NCBI GenBank assembly: GCA_024137785.1
Contig: JAHRHZ010000062.1
Coordinates: forward strand, 27,142,244 to 27,206,243
Source: Ginglymostoma cirratum
Lineage: Eukaryota
DNA: 64,000 nt
Direction: 5' to 3'
Positions 40,607 to 54,671 of the stretch are shown one piece after another; within the stretch, counting starts at the first letter, position 1; every line of letters starts with the position of its first letter. The notes beneath the pieces were generated by a model. That model saw nothing but the letters and a program-made list of their open reading frames with translations, did no database searches and had not been told where the DNA came from. The translations under genes and the position numbers were made by a program.

Positions 40607-41848
40607 CGTGATTTTAAACAAAAACACTGCAGATTCTAGAAATCTGAAATAAAAACACGAAATGCCAAAAATATTCAGCATGGCACTGGGAGCACCCAAA
40701 GAAGAATACATAGTGTTACTGTTTTAGATCTTTTTGTCCGATCTGGGAAAAGTTAAAGAGGAATCACATTTTAAGCAAGTACAGAGGCAGAATGAAAAAT
40801 GGCAATGGGTAAATCTGTGATAAAATGCAATATAGGAAGGGAGAAGAGATGAAATGATAAAAGAGCTGATAGTGAAAGGCAGAAGGGATGGTTTTTGGAA
40901 CACGTAAAGCAACAAAAGATGGGATCTAGAAATGTTGTAAATTGAAACAGTATAATCATCACTCAGTACATGCCATCTGGAAAAATGGAGACAGAAATTA
41001 CTCATCTCTGAGTCCAGAAGGTGTAAAGTAATATCACAAGATGGAGTGCTGTTGTTGAGCTTACAGTGAGCTTTATCAGTCAAACTCAAGACTCTTCAAC
41101 TTCCCTTCTCATTTCACTTTACCATGCAAGCACAGGAGTTGTAATGTCTGTCTTTTTACCTCTTCCATTCCCATCTCCCGTCAGCCCCAAGCACTCCTTC
41201 CAGCTTAAATAGTGATTTAAATATCCTCCTTTCAATTTAACATTTGTTACACATGATGCTTTTCCCTCCGCACTTGAGCAACCAGAGCAGACAATGTTAC
41301 CACCTTGTGAGCATCCAGTCAGTCTAGGGTGATCATATGCAAGCTTCTGGCCCTCTCTGCTTTTAGTTTTCTGGTCCACTCATATTTTGTTTTTTTTTGT
41401 TATTAGCCTCCTGCACTGTTTCAATAAAGCTCAACATAAACTCAAGGAACAGCACCTCATCTTTCCATTAGGTGTTTTAGATCCTTCTAAACTCCATGCT
41501 GTGTTGAACAATTTTAGATCTTGACCTCTACATCTTTTTCTTTCAGATGGCAGTAATTGGTGATAATTATATCATTTCCATTTGCACTTCCTCTCAACCC
41601 GCCTTTTCTTCTTTACTTATTCATTGCCATCCTTTGCCTTCTCCATAATCTCTTCTATCATTTAATCACTCTTGTGTTTCACCTGATCACACATCTCTTT
41701 TGCTCTTTCCACATCCACCAGCCTATTTTCCTGCCTTTGTCCTTGCCTAGGATCTGTCACATCTCTGATGAAAAAGTGTTAACCTGAAATGTTAACTCTG
41801 ATTCTCCCTGTAAATGCTGCAAACCGTTTCCAGCATTCATTTTTGTTC
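40607..41848. mobile_element. Old inverted (head-to-head) PLE relic
   Basis: The left arm 40607-41085 is the reverse of a PLE 3' end. The right arm has a decayed GIY-YIG tail (aaactcaaggaacagcacctcatctttcca), a pyrimidine tract and ctgatgaaaaagtgttaacctgaaatgttaactctg. Confidence 0.65.
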
Positions 41849-42124
41849 AATTGTTTATATAACAGCTTTCATACCTCATAAATTCTGAAAAGGCTTCCAT
41901 ACCATGATTGGAGTTACCTGTGCAATTGCTGTTGGTACAGAGCTATCATCATCCTTTCTGCTCAGTGTTCAGTGACAACTGCTGCTGCTGCAAATGCAAA
42001 TGAGGACCAACTATTAGTCACCTTCTGAGTCCTCATTCTATGGTTCACACACAAGAATTGACTCCTTAAATGAGGTACTGTAGTGTGACAGCCAGATCTT
42101 GGTCCTAAAGGATATTTCCTATTC

Positions 42125-43710
42125 TTGAAGAGAAAAATGAGCTCCCTCTTCCGTGCCTACACTGGCCCTAAATCCCACCTCTTCCTCCATTACATTGATG
42201 ACTGCATCAGCGCCGCCTCGTGCTCCCACGAGGAGCTCGAACAGTTCATCCACTTCACCAACACCTTCCACCCCAACCTGAAGTTCACCTGGACCATCTC
42301 CAACACTTCTCTCTCCTTCCTGGACCTCTCTGTCTCCATCTCGGGTAACCACCTAGAAACCGATGTCCATTTCAAGCCCACTGACTCCCACAGCTACCTG
42401 GAATACACCTCCTCCCACCCACCTTCCTGCAAAAATGCCATCCCCTATTCCCAATTCCTTCGCCTCCGCCGCATCTGCTCCCAGGATGAGACATTCCACT
42501 CCCGTACATCTCAGATGTCCTCATTCTTCAAGGACCGCAACTTCCCCCCAACAGTGGTCGAGAACGCCCTCGACCGTGTCTCCCGCATTTCCCGTAACAC
42601 ATCCCTCACGCCCCGTCCCCACAATAATAACCAAAAAAGAATCCCCCTCGTCCTCACGTACCACCCCACCAACCTCCGGATCCAACGCATCATCCTCCGA
42701 CACTTCCGCCACCTGCAATCAGACCCCACCACCAAAGACATTTTTCCCTCCCCACCCTCATCTGCCTTCCGGAGGGACCACTCCCTCCGCGACTCCCTTG
42801 TCCGCTCCACACTCCCCTCCAGCCCCACCACACCCGGCACTTTTCCCTGCAACCGCAGGAAGTGCTACACCTGCCCCCACACCTCCTCGCTCACCCCAAT
42901 CCCAGGCCCCAAGAAGACTTTCCACATCAGGCAGATGTTCACCTGCACATCTGCCAATGTGGTATACTGCATCCGCTGTACCCGTTGTGGCTTCCTCTAC
43001 ATCGGGGAAACCAAGCGGAGGCTTGGGGACCGCTTTGCAAAACACCTGCGCTCAGTTCGCAACAAACAACTGCACCTCCCAGTCGCGAACCATTTCAACT
43101 CCCCCTCCCATTCCTCAGACGACATGTCCATCCTGGGCCTCCTGCAATGCCACAGTGATGCCACCTGCAGGCTGCAGGAACAGCAAATCATATTCAGCCT
43201 GGGAACCCTGCAGCCCAATGGTATCAATGTGGATTTCACAAGCTTCAAAATCTCCCTTCCCCCAACCGCATCCCAAAACCAGCCCAGCTCATCTCCACCT
43301 CCCTAACCTGTTTTCCCTCTCACCTATCCCCTCCTCCCACCTCAAGCCCCACCCCCATCTCCTATCTACTAACATCATCCCGCCCCCTTGACCTGTCCGT
43401 CCTCCCTGGACTGACCTATCTCCTCCCCTCCCCCCCCACCTACACTCACCTTTACTGGCTCCATCCCCGCCTCTTCAACTTGTCTGCCTCCTCTCCACCT
43501 ATCCTCTCCTCTATCCATCCTCTATCCGCCTCCCTCTCTCTCCCTATTTATTTCAGAACCCTCTTCCCCTCCCCCATTTCTGATGAAGGGTCTAGGCCCA
43601 AAATGTCAAGTTTTCCTGCTCCTATGATGCTGCTTGGCCTGCTGTGTTCATCCAGCCCCACGCCTTTTTATCTCGGATTCTCCAGCATCTGCAGTACCTT
43701 TTATCTCTTC
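42125..43710 (+). mobile_element. Penelope-like retroelement, 5'-truncated: open 393-codon frame (RT C-terminal half, Cys/His linker, GIY-YIG endonuclease) plus 3' terminal repeat
   Basis: ORF 42125-43306 contains HYIDD, FLDL, KPTDSHSYL..SSHP, IPYSQFLRLRRICS, C..C..C, VVYCIRC..C...YIGETKRRLGDRFAKH. It is followed by a C-rich tract and the ctgatgaagggtctaggccc terminal repeat. Confidence 0.95.
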
Positions 43711-44929
43711 CATAGTTGAAGTTGCACTCTCTGTAATGGGAGACTTAATCTTGTTTGTTTGGTAAATGAGATTTGGTAGGATCATTTTAATGTCTGTCAT
43801 TAGGTGAAAAATTGTTGACTTCAATGGAAAAGAAATTAGTCCCACCATTACTACGAAGGATTCAGCAGAATGGGCACTGACATTGCAAAGTCAGGAGATG
43901 CCAGTGCACAGGCTGACTGTGAGTTTTCCCATGACCATGCCTGAAGATGAAGTCTCTGACTGCACCCAAACAAGATTGCTGATTCCGATGGGTCGGTGTT
44001 GAAGGCAGGTTCTCTGTCCTGTTGTATCTTATTTTTTGACCTCCAGGGATCGCGGTAACTTTGACTGTGGTATCATTGACATATAAGACATATATAAGAC
44101 ATATCAAGACATATCAAGAACTGACCTCATCACCGAAGATTGAGGGCAGTGGTTGCAAGGTGAATTATTATTTGTGAATTATACAGTGAATCCTTAGACA
44201 CAATACAGCTGCTATGAGGGACCAAACCCCAATCCCTTTTCTTAATCAAGCTATAGATGCACCCACACACGCCAAATATCTATTCTTGAAGAATCCGTCT
44301 CCTAACTCCACTAACTTTGATTAGCAATAATGCTAATCCAATAGCCCTATTGATTTTTTTGGGTCAGATACAGGCTCACTATATTCAAAGATTCCTGAAT
44401 TTGTCCATTTTTTCACAGTAGAATAATTTTGGCTGTTATAATAGGCAACTTGTGTTGGTATCTTTTGCTGAACATAAATATTAAATTTAAGACATGGCTG
44501 AAAACTTATCCAGAAATTGTTATTTTGCAAAAGATCAATTAACAAATCTAGCTTTATATCTAACAGTGCAAAAGTGAGTACAGATGAGCTAAATCCAATA
44601 CCATTCTCATAACAGCAAAATGCCCAGTGCGGTAGATTGCCAAGGAGCTGGTTAGCAGTGCAACTATTTAAAATTTGCTACCAATTGATTTTCAGCCTAA
44701 AATGCCTTCTGGCATGTAATCAACAGCTATAGAGCTGAGTTTCTGTACAAGGTTTGAATCTGAAGTTGAACAGAATGTGGCTTGAACAGAAGTGTTGCTC
44801 CACTGCCAGTTCCCTACTCTGCAAAACGGTGAGTTTTCTCCAGTGTTTAAGTTTGTGAAGAAATGACTAGGAGGATCTGAGCCATCAGTTCAACAAAATC
44901 ATGGGTTCTGCTGGCCCTTTTACTTGCTC

Positions 44930-45690
44930 CCTCCTTACTGTGTAAGATCACAACTGCTGTACCCAGGAAAAACATTGATTTGCTTGGATTTCTTTCAATC
45001 TTGTCTACTGCATCCACAGCTCACAATGTGGTCTCCTCTACTCTGGGAAGGCCAAACACAGACTGGCTGGTTGCTTAATGGGACACGTCTACTCAGTCTG
45101 CAAGCTCGACCCTAACCTCAAGTGACTTGACATTTTAATGCACCATCTTTCCCTCACGCTCATATTTCTGTCCTAGTTCAGTTGTAATGCTCCAGTGAAG
45201 CCCAATGTACGCTGAAGGTACAGCACTGCATTTCCGTTTTGAAACTTTATAACCTTCTGGACTCAACATTGAGTTAAACAATCTCAAACCACAAACTCTG
45301 ACCCCACTCCCCCATTTTTGCCCCTCCCCCCACACCAATGTCTTGTTTATTTTGCTTTCAGCGTAGCTGGCCTATATTCTGCTATTAACGCTTCCTGGCA
45401 CATGATCTATATCCCAGGTTTACAATGATTTCAACCTTTGTCCTTTGACTTATGTCACCTCTCACCTTCTGACATTCCCTGATCTTTCCTTCCTTCCTTT
45501 TTCACTAACTCCTTCCCACCTTTTTCATAACCATCACTCTTCAGTATTATAACCATCATCCTTCAGTTCTGAATAAAAGTCATATTCAGCTTCAAATGTT
45601 AACTCAGTCAGATTCTTCACAGATGCTGTCAAGCATGGTGAATTTTTCAAGCACTTTGATTTTCGGCATCTGCAATACCTTGCTTTTGCT
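44930..45690 (+). mobile_element. Old PLE 3' relic (GIY-YIG region plus terminal repeat)
   Basis: cttgtctactgcatcc...tgtggtctcctctactctgggaaggccaaac parallels 42960-43020; terminal aatgttaactcag...cacagatgctg. Confidence 0.7.
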
Positions 45691-46004
45691 TTAACAAAGT
45701 GAATATAATTTACTGCAACACCCTTGGCTGAGGAGTGAGCCTAAGTCACTACTGGAGAGTGCATGTCAGAACATTGATTGAGGGCAGCATTGGGTTTAGC
45801 AAAAGTGTTTATCCCAGAAATTAATTACATGGGATAGATATGAATAATGACACTCAACTAGGTTCAGATAATGATGAATTTCTACCTGTCTTGAGCCAGC
45901 AGCTGAGCTCGAGTTGGTGTCCTCCAAAGAGGACGCTGAAGGAAATAAAGTAATAACTGACAGAAAATCCAACGGAAAACTCTCCAAATATCTCAATGCA
46001 CAAC

Positions 46005-46171
46005 TGACCAGAGTTATTGAGGAAGGGTCACCAGACCCGAAATGTTAACTCTGATTTTTCTTTATCTTCACAGATGCTGCCAGACCTGCTGAGCTTTTCC
46101 AGCAACTTCTGTTTTTGTCCCTGATTTACAACATCCGCAGTTCTTTCGGTTTTTATTTGACCAGAGTTATT
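46005..46171 (+). mobile_element. Short PLE terminal-repeat insertion
   Basis: 14-bp direct repeat TGACCAGAGTTATT (46005-46018, 46158-46171). The insert starts at (T)GAGGAAGGGTCACCAGACCCGAAATGTTAACT. Confidence 0.88.
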
Positions 46172-49100
46172 TAACCCTGGAAGTCAAGGGGTTAATTGTT
46201 TCCGGTCTTTGTCATTTTTGGGAAAAGCCATTCAATACCAGTACGCTTTGCGTACAAAGCGTTTCTTTTCCTGCAACCTGAAGTTTGAGGTGAAGGGAGT
46301 AAAAAGTGAAAAATTAGGACCAGGCTTGAATGTGGCCCTTCCCTGAGGGGAGCATGGTGCACAAACTGGGCTGGCACCGGATTATCTTAAACAGTTGACA
46401 CATTCCTGGATGATCAAGTGCTCAAGAAACCCAGGCCCCTTCTCATGGAGCGTCTGTGTTGATGTTTATGTCAATAACTTCTTATATGGGAAGAAATAAA
46501 ATAATTTATAGGAACCAAGAGGCAGGTCACCATGGCAGCAACCAGCTGCTTTTGGGGACATTTTCTCCAAAGCATAAATCCCTATTATTAGAAAAATAAG
46601 CCTTCCTGCCTAACAATTCAAGAGTTTAAGCCATTTAAAGTTAAATTATGTCGCTCTGGCAGTTTCTTGTATTTATAGGGTCCTGTCAGTTGTATTTATA
46701 AAACTATGAATTTAAATTTAGTAGTATACCTTTGTTTGAATTAAGTACAGATGTAGACCTGAATTATGGACTGTAATTCTTTTTGACTCATACCAATAAA
46801 TAATAAGGGTGATGCCTTTATTGCTAAGAACTTACACTTAGTGTTTAGTTTTAATAGTTGGGATTCATTCAGCCACAACTGTCCACTATAAATGTAACTG
46901 TATTAACCCATTAATTTTCAGTAAAACCAACATTAAAATTATTTTTAAAAGTTGAAATGCCAATATTTGCAAATAAAATATATTTTTAAAAATGGGTCTA
47001 ACCACACGAATCTTTTGAATAGAAAATTTGGACATCTAAAATGCTTTGATGTTGAAGCTCTGGCAGTTCTGTTTTTACCTTTTTCCATTTTTCTCCACTC
47101 CCTCTTCATCATAAAGTGAAGACTGATGCCTGTGAGTAACCCCACACTTTTTGCCCAAATGGTCAGTCTTCATGTATGAGCCCAGCAATAAGTGATGACA
47201 GGTTATTTGATAGTGGACAGATGCTGTGCACTCCCCAGAAGAGGTCACTGATTAGAAATCAGGAAGGAGAGGCCAGGCTGGTTCATAGTTGTCCTCTCTC
47301 TCAGGAGTGTTGAGGCGTCGTCTGAAATCAGGTAACCCATGATAGCAAAAGAATTAATTGCGAGATGAACCAATGCAAGTCTATTCTGCTAAGGGCCATA
47401 CCAAATGCCCACATCTAGTTGTCACTCTGATTAAAAGATAATCAAATTGACGAACGGGAGTCTACTTCAAAGTGAACTAAATCTTGCTTGATGTCCACTT
47501 TCCTATTTTGATATATTAGTTATTTTAAAATTATCCTGGCTGTGTAAACTGCATTAATTAGTATTGAAAAATAAAATCTCATGCCAATATAATCATGTGA
47601 ACTCAATCTGGCAGCACAGCAATTCTTTAATTCATTTCACATACATCTCCCAACAACATGTTAGTCTTGGTGGGGACTAGGAAACCAACACACTAGTGCC
47701 TAACTGAACACCTGAAGAAATGGACTAAGATCTGGAGTTGGTAATAGACATGTACAGCTTGCACGTTGGACTAAGAATTTTCACTTTTCACAAATCGTTG
47801 TTCTAGGTAATATTATTCAGCAGAGCGGCTGAATGTTCTGGATTTTATTCGTAATTTTAACCACATCCTTTTACGTAGGTAAAATCAACCTATGATTACA
47901 ACAGTCTCACAAATGCAAAAGACTGGCTGACATGTAGAAAGTATGCTCCTGTCCATCCTTTATGTTCATCCAGGGCCTCCTTAACTTACAATCAATCAGT
48001 TACCATGGATATCTCTGAACACATTCACAATTAAAAGATAGTGAATCAGGATTTTCATTTACAATATCCGTTTCAACCCATTTGTGTATGGGTGCGCAAC
48101 ATTGCTAAAAGTATCAAATCTCTTTTTAACAAACACACAGTGGTGAGGTAAATTGCATTAAATGTCATCATTGCATTGCTGACAAGACACAATATTTGCA
48201 TCTCAGTGTTACAACTCAGCCAAGTGGTGAAGGATCAAATTGAATCCAAGACTCTATGCACAAGCTTTTTATTTACACAAGCACACCTCATATATTGTGC
48301 GCCTCCAACTGAACAATTACAGTTTCAGGCTGTTCGTTTATTTATAAGCACACGTGAATCCCTGATTAATCCTTAGCACCTGAATATAGTTAAACACCCA
48401 GAATAATATACAATTAACACTATCTCCATGTGACAAAAGTTCTGGCATAAAAACAGAAAATACTGGCAGGTCAGACAGTGTCAGAGAAGAGAAAGAGAAC
48501 AAAGTTAGCATTGCAGATTGATAATCTTGTATCACTAACTGATTACAACACAAATTTCTTGGCCAGAATATAGGGTGTGCAGATGAAAAAAATGTTTTAT
48601 GTTTATTATGTTTTAACATGAAGACTTAGGATCCTGTTTCAGGTGAGTGGCCTCGTGCTGTCCAACTTTAGCAGGCAAGCTTTGTAGGGCTGCTGGGCTG
48701 CAATGTTAATAGAGACCCAGAGGGCATGATGTGAGCCAGCCAGCTCTCCACATTTACTTTTCTCCATAACAGAGCAGATCGTGCAAATTCTGATCTTTCA
48801 CTAGAACAGGAAATGTAAATTCTCATCCACAGTTGGCTGCAGCCTTATAATGTAAAAAAAACCTTTAAAGTAGCAGGTACTTTCTGTCAAACAGAGTTAT
48901 TTAGAAAAAAATCTGAATCATATTTGCAGTTACAATATAGCTGAGGAAATCATAGGCATGACATTCTCAGTGGTGAGCTTCATCTTAGTGAATAATGAGG
49001 TGTTAAAGTGACCTATTTAGATACACAATTGACAGATTAGCATTTACAAGAGGTAACAATAGAGCCATTAATCTGCACTGGGTATTGTGTTTGTAGCTGC

Positions 49101-49662
49101 AACCCATAGAGCACGTCGAAAATGACCCTTATTAGAATGCACTTTACAGAACAGACTCTCACTGAATTGAACAAGGAACAATTGTACCTTTAGACAAGCT
49201 GTACAGTTAACAGCTATACAATAATCAGGCCGTACGCTCTTCTTCCGTTACCTTTACATTATGGAGAAATCGTTCTTTTTGTCCGGGCTGTTGGAACTGC
49301 AGGACTTTGCCACTTTACAAATAGGGTGGATTTCATAGCACATTGTAGTTAATCAAAAATGATGTTTCTGACTTTTAATTCTGAGCTTTTACCTTAAACT
49401 GGGGAAAGCTTGTACCAAGCAGTGACTTCAAAACCTCAGGGTAACATGGCAGGTAGTAGTATGTGATTGTATTGCTAGCCCAGCTCTGAAGGCTCTAAAG
49501 TATTAGTGGTGCAGTTGAAAATACCTTATGGATTATTTGCCCATACCACTGGCTGCAGTTATGCTGCTAGCACTGGGTTTAGAGCTTCCTAGTTTAGATT
49601 GGGAAATGTTTCAGAGGTCTTTCGACACTCAGGAGACATTACAGTACCCCTCAAACACAAAG

Positions 49663-49785
49663 CAAATAATTGAATTTTTTTCTGATGAAGGGTCTAGGCC
49701 CGAAACATCAAGCTTTCCTGCTCCTATGATGCTGCTTGGCCTGCTGTGTTCATCCAGCCCCACACCTTGTTATCTCAAATAGTTG
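49663..49785 (+). mobile_element. Short PLE terminal-repeat insertion
   Basis: Near-identical to 43579-43670. Flanks caaataattg / caaatagttg form an imperfect target-site duplication. Confidence 0.85.
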
Positions 49786-50686
49786 TGACCCCTTTTAAAA
49801 GAACCACAACAAATATAAACAAACTCACCAATAAAAGAAAAAGGAAATGAAGAAAATTAGTTAATAAGGTTGTCAACATCTTTTACACATTGCTGTTGCT
49901 GTAAGAGCAAAGTGCTTCTCCGTATAATTGTGTTAGTTAATGCCCTCGCATGGTGTTGAGTTTTTATAACTCGTGAGAAATTAAGTTTAACATTTGCTCT
50001 TATTTGAGATTTGAGAAAATTTTGACTGCAAAGAAAGAATTGCTTTAGTTAATATTGATTATAGTGCGGCCATTTCAAGTGATCTTTGTTCTTTACTGAT
50101 GCAAACTGTTATTGATTGATAATGCATTATATTAATGTTAGAATACTGTGCGGTTCAAGGCAGCCAAGAATAAATCACCAGGAGGCAATCGCATTGTGTG
50201 ACTTTGTGATCAGGAGGGATCTTCTGATGTTGTGTGAAGTGCTGGATCTGGCATCCCTTGGTTGAAGACAATGGGTGGTATTTGTAAAGGCCGCAGCAAG
50301 AAACAAAACATAAATAGAAAATGAGAGTCATCGGGAGCAGTAACTGTAGAAAGAGCAGACTTAATGTTTTGGATGATGAATCTTCTTCAAACGTATAGCT
50401 TAACAGGTACAACTCTGAGAAAGCATGACGATTCATAATGACCAGCACTAGTTTAACATCAGACAGGGTCAGTCACTAAAAATGCTGTTGGCAGGCACAC
50501 ATTTTGAATACACGAGTGTGAAACAGCAAGGGGGGCCCACCTGTTCATATGGGAAAACGTATCAAACCTTGCTGGTGCATGCCTGCACTAGTCATTAAAG
50601 TTAAGCAAATGAAACCAAAACTTTTTCTGTCCAGATTTCAATTATTAAAATGAGCAGATGGTCACCCTCCCAAATAAAACTGTTAT

Positions 50687-50756
50687 GCTACATTGCAACA
50701 GTGGCTACACTTCAAACGTTATTCATTGGCTTGTGAAAGGTGCTATGTACATGCCA
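50687..50756 (+). mobile_element. DeuSINE/AmnSINE-like 3' tail relic
   Basis: acattgcaacagtggctacacttcaaa...ttcattggc...gtgaaaggtgctat. Confidence 0.45.
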
Positions 50757-53700
50757 CTGTTTCCATTTTTAGCCTGACAGGTTCAAAACCAGATGGGTGG
50801 TTGCCTTGTCTGACCTCCATTTATGTTTAAATTCCTGTAACCTATGGTATTGTTCACTGTTTACATTTCCACAGAAAATAGGAGAAAGCATAAGCAGCAA
50901 TGTTGAGTGAATGCTTGCAGTAGAATCAGCATGTGGAGCTCCTTAAAAACCAAGGTGTAGCACAGGGAGTTGTAAAGACAAGGTTGTAAAAACTCTTGTC
51001 AACTATAGATTGATAATATACTGATATTGAAGTTGCAATATGTCTGAAAGTATTATAAATGTAACCTATTACAAAGGAATCTAAAAATAATTTGTATTGT
51101 ACAATATCATTTGTTCTAATATGAAACATTTTTTAAATTGCGTTTTCATTGAAGAAACTCAACTGGCTTATTTAATCATTAGCAATGGTATACTATCAGA
51201 GAACTTTATACAAAGAGATTTCTGTTGGTTTTTTCCAATCATAGCTGACACACTCCTGCTCCACCAGCACAATTAAGGTGATCGTACACTGCAAAAATAT
51301 ACATGTTACATGTGTGTGATTCTTTCACAGCCAACTGCTGGTAGATCCATCAGCCTGATTCATCTTGTTCTGGTGAAGAGAGAGACCCCACTGTTTGGGG
51401 AATTTTGGAATCTGTGGTAGAATCTGCTAATTCTACCTCCTGGCTGGCATCTGGTGGAGAATTAGCACTGAGTGGAAAAAAAATAAGCAGGACAGCAAGA
51501 CGGAAAGCTGGCAGTTTAGTGCTGCTCCCCCGAACACAGGCACAATGAAGATTTTTCTTAAAAACAGTTATTTGAGGCATGCCTTTTTATTACGGAATAG
51601 TCCGAAAATTCATCAACGCCGACACTCCACTTGTGGATCAAACATTTCAACACGTATTGTCATGAAGCTTTTTCCATTGTAACTCTGAAGTAATCATTTC
51701 AAACATTGGAATCAGGATCCAGTGCAGAAGTTGATCATTGTATTAGTGCTCAGATTCCATAGGTTTCCATATACTATCAGCTCTTCAAGTAGAATGCAAG
51801 AGATCAGTTTGTAATGCCAGGAATAAATTGATCACTGCAGTTCCAAGGAGGGCTGCAGAATCCCATCTGTGGTTCCTGTGTCTGGGCCAGATCACATTTG
51901 CAGCTCAAATTGTGCACTGCTGTTCATGTATAATGCTTGTGGAGCCACTTGTACCAAGGTAGAGCACGCTGTATAATAACAAGCTAACTATTGACCATCG
52001 AATACTATTAAGAGTTTGAATATTATTAAAAGTCCATGGTGACTAATTCTCGGCAGTCACTTAATTGTTTACTGTGTTTTGATTGCAGAACTCCTACGGC
52101 TGGAGTATGTACAAAGCCTGAACCATTAGCAACTGAAAGAGATGGGTTTCCTTGTTTCAAGTATAGGTTCAACCGGAAATGACATGTTTGATATCGGTGA
52201 CTAATCCTGTTTACTGGTCCTTATGTAGTGATTACAAGTGTTTGATCCCTCCTTTTACTCTGAGGTGTTTCACCTTCACTTTGGGAAATCACCATGATCA
52301 ATTTGAAGCTAAAAATCTGCAGGACTTCAAAGTCCACCTCTTAATTTTTGAGGAAATCATAAATTGATGCACAAGATGTGGGTCTTAGAGCGAGCTAACT
52401 TAACAGAGAGGGACAGTCTTATGCTGATGCTCATCTATACTTAAGAATATGAGGAGGCATTGCAATCAATTTGACAAATTTATTTGCTTTTCGGCCTTTA
52501 ATCCTGGTACTCATACAGGTGCTGACACTCATCTGAAGAGAAAGAATAGAAGAAATTCAAGACTTATTTTTAGAGAGCTGTGAAAATTATTATGCTGTGA
52601 AAATGTCTGAAATCATTTTTCATGATGATTTATTCTGGGGGTCAGTGAGTGTTGTTTTGCAGACAAAGATGGTAATTAACAACGTCAAATGTCATAATGA
52701 TGTCAGACCTACTGACTCTGCTGAAGAATATTTTTATGTTAGATTCTTGTTTAGTGCAGAGACTTAACTTGCAGTAATTTAAATAATCTGAGCTCTCTTC
52801 TTAACCCCATTTTATAAATGAAAGGCTTTTTTTTTGAGAATGGAGGTAATAAGCAAATATGAGATATTTTTGATCTTATGACTACTTTCGTAAATGTGCA
52901 AATTAAATGATGCAAAAGAAGAATCTAATTTCTGGAACAGTCTAGTTCTTGCTGCACAACATGGTTGTTGCCGTTGCTTTGAACACTGTAGCCTTTCAGA
53001 TCAAAATGGGAGAGGATGAATACAGAGCACAATTGTTCCCAGATATTGCTTCTTCCAGATTTATAGGCCCAGGCTGCCTACCAGAGCTACCCCACAGGGA
53101 TAAAACTCAGTGAGTCAATTTATTTATGCAATATTGCATGTATTTTTTAATGGGGAGGCACACCAGCCTTGCTAAGCATCCTTTGATCTTCTGTCTTTAG
53201 TTTTCAATGTCTGGGTTCCAGCACTGATCTGTGCTGTCAAAAAAAAATACGCAAGACTGCACAAGAAAAAGTTCAACTTGATGAGAACAAGCTGACCCCC
53301 AGCTTCGAAGAAGACTTCAGAGCCCAGGCTTTGATTGTTAGCTACATGCTCTTTATCATAGACCTTGCGACAGAAAGCGGCATTCCAGCAATTCCTGGCC
53401 TGATTCATTACAGCAGGAGAAGATGTTAATTGTTTTCATTGCTGGATACCAATAGTGTGTACTTCATGTCATCTTTTACCTAGCGCTTGCTTTTACGTTT
53501 GCTTTGTAGTGTTGCTTATCAGTGCAGACAGTCTTCTGATCCACCTTTCTAAAGCTGTCAGCCTGAGATAACTCGTCTTCTTTGAATAAACTGCAAACTG
53601 CATCAATAAGGTGACAGAGACAGAATGATCCAAACAATATTATTTTTCTTCTTCCTGGATGATAGTGTTTATTTCTCAAAATTGAGGAGCTAAATATTTT

Positions 53701-54671
53701 TATTATAAAAATATAGTCTCTGATACTTTTCTGTAAAGTGTCTTCCCTGCTCACATGACATAAAACTATATGCCAAATCTAATGCTTTCAATGATAGCAG
53801 AAATAGGTTGGCTGTGCAAAGACAAACTCTTAAAGGAGAAAGTGAACCAAGAACAGAAAGTGTCTCATACATGAAATGCTGATTTTTAAGATTCATTTGC
53901 CTACCCTTCAGACGCCTTAGAAGTTTGAGTTTCTCAACATTATATTTCAAATGCTCCAGGCTTCTATAGCTATTCTAATTCTGACACTTTGAATTAGTTA
54001 AATGAATTTTTTACATCAGGAATGATTCAGATCTGCTACATTATAAACCAAGGTTTTATTTTTCTGATAGTAATTACTATTTTGTTCAAACCTTAGTTGA
54101 CCTTATAACTTAACAGATAAAAACTGGACTGGGTCCACAATTTACCTACAGATCTTGAGGAGGTATCAAGTCACCTTTGACTCAAACATGTACAATGTTT
54201 TGGTGAAGGCACCCTAATTCTTCTTACATTAATAAAAATCCTCAACTGTAACGAATGAATGGTGAGCTATAGTATTGTGCACATCACTACAATGAAAGAT
54301 AAATAGGGAGGATTAAAGGGTAAGTTAAACTAGAAAGCGAAATGTCAGAAGAAAAATTAATTCTATGTCTGGATAGTTTCGTTAAAGAAATAAAATCTTT
54401 ACCAATAAGAAAAGAAATAGGTCAAAATTATTGCAGCTCACTGAGGACATCCAGTGAAATCTAAAAGCCAATTATTTTAAAAAAAACACTTATTTGAAGT
54501 TGGAGATGAGGCATTACAAGGGACTCAGGAGATTGGAAGGTAGGCCAAGACATGATGTTGCCATTCTTTATCCTGTGAGGAAGTCAATGCATGTACAAAT
54601 ATTAGGTCAATACAGTCAGGAGCAATTATATTCATAGTTGAATATCAGGCTCATTCATGAAGATTTGCTAC

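Noticed and set aside
42363-43391. 342-aa Pro/Ser/Thr-rich ORF and several antisense ORFs overlapping the PLE
   Set aside because: Shadow frames caused by the C-rich, stop-poor composition of the element.
44078-44119. Short GACATAT(A/C)AA tandem, about 4 units
   Set aside because: Ordinary slippage microrepeat.
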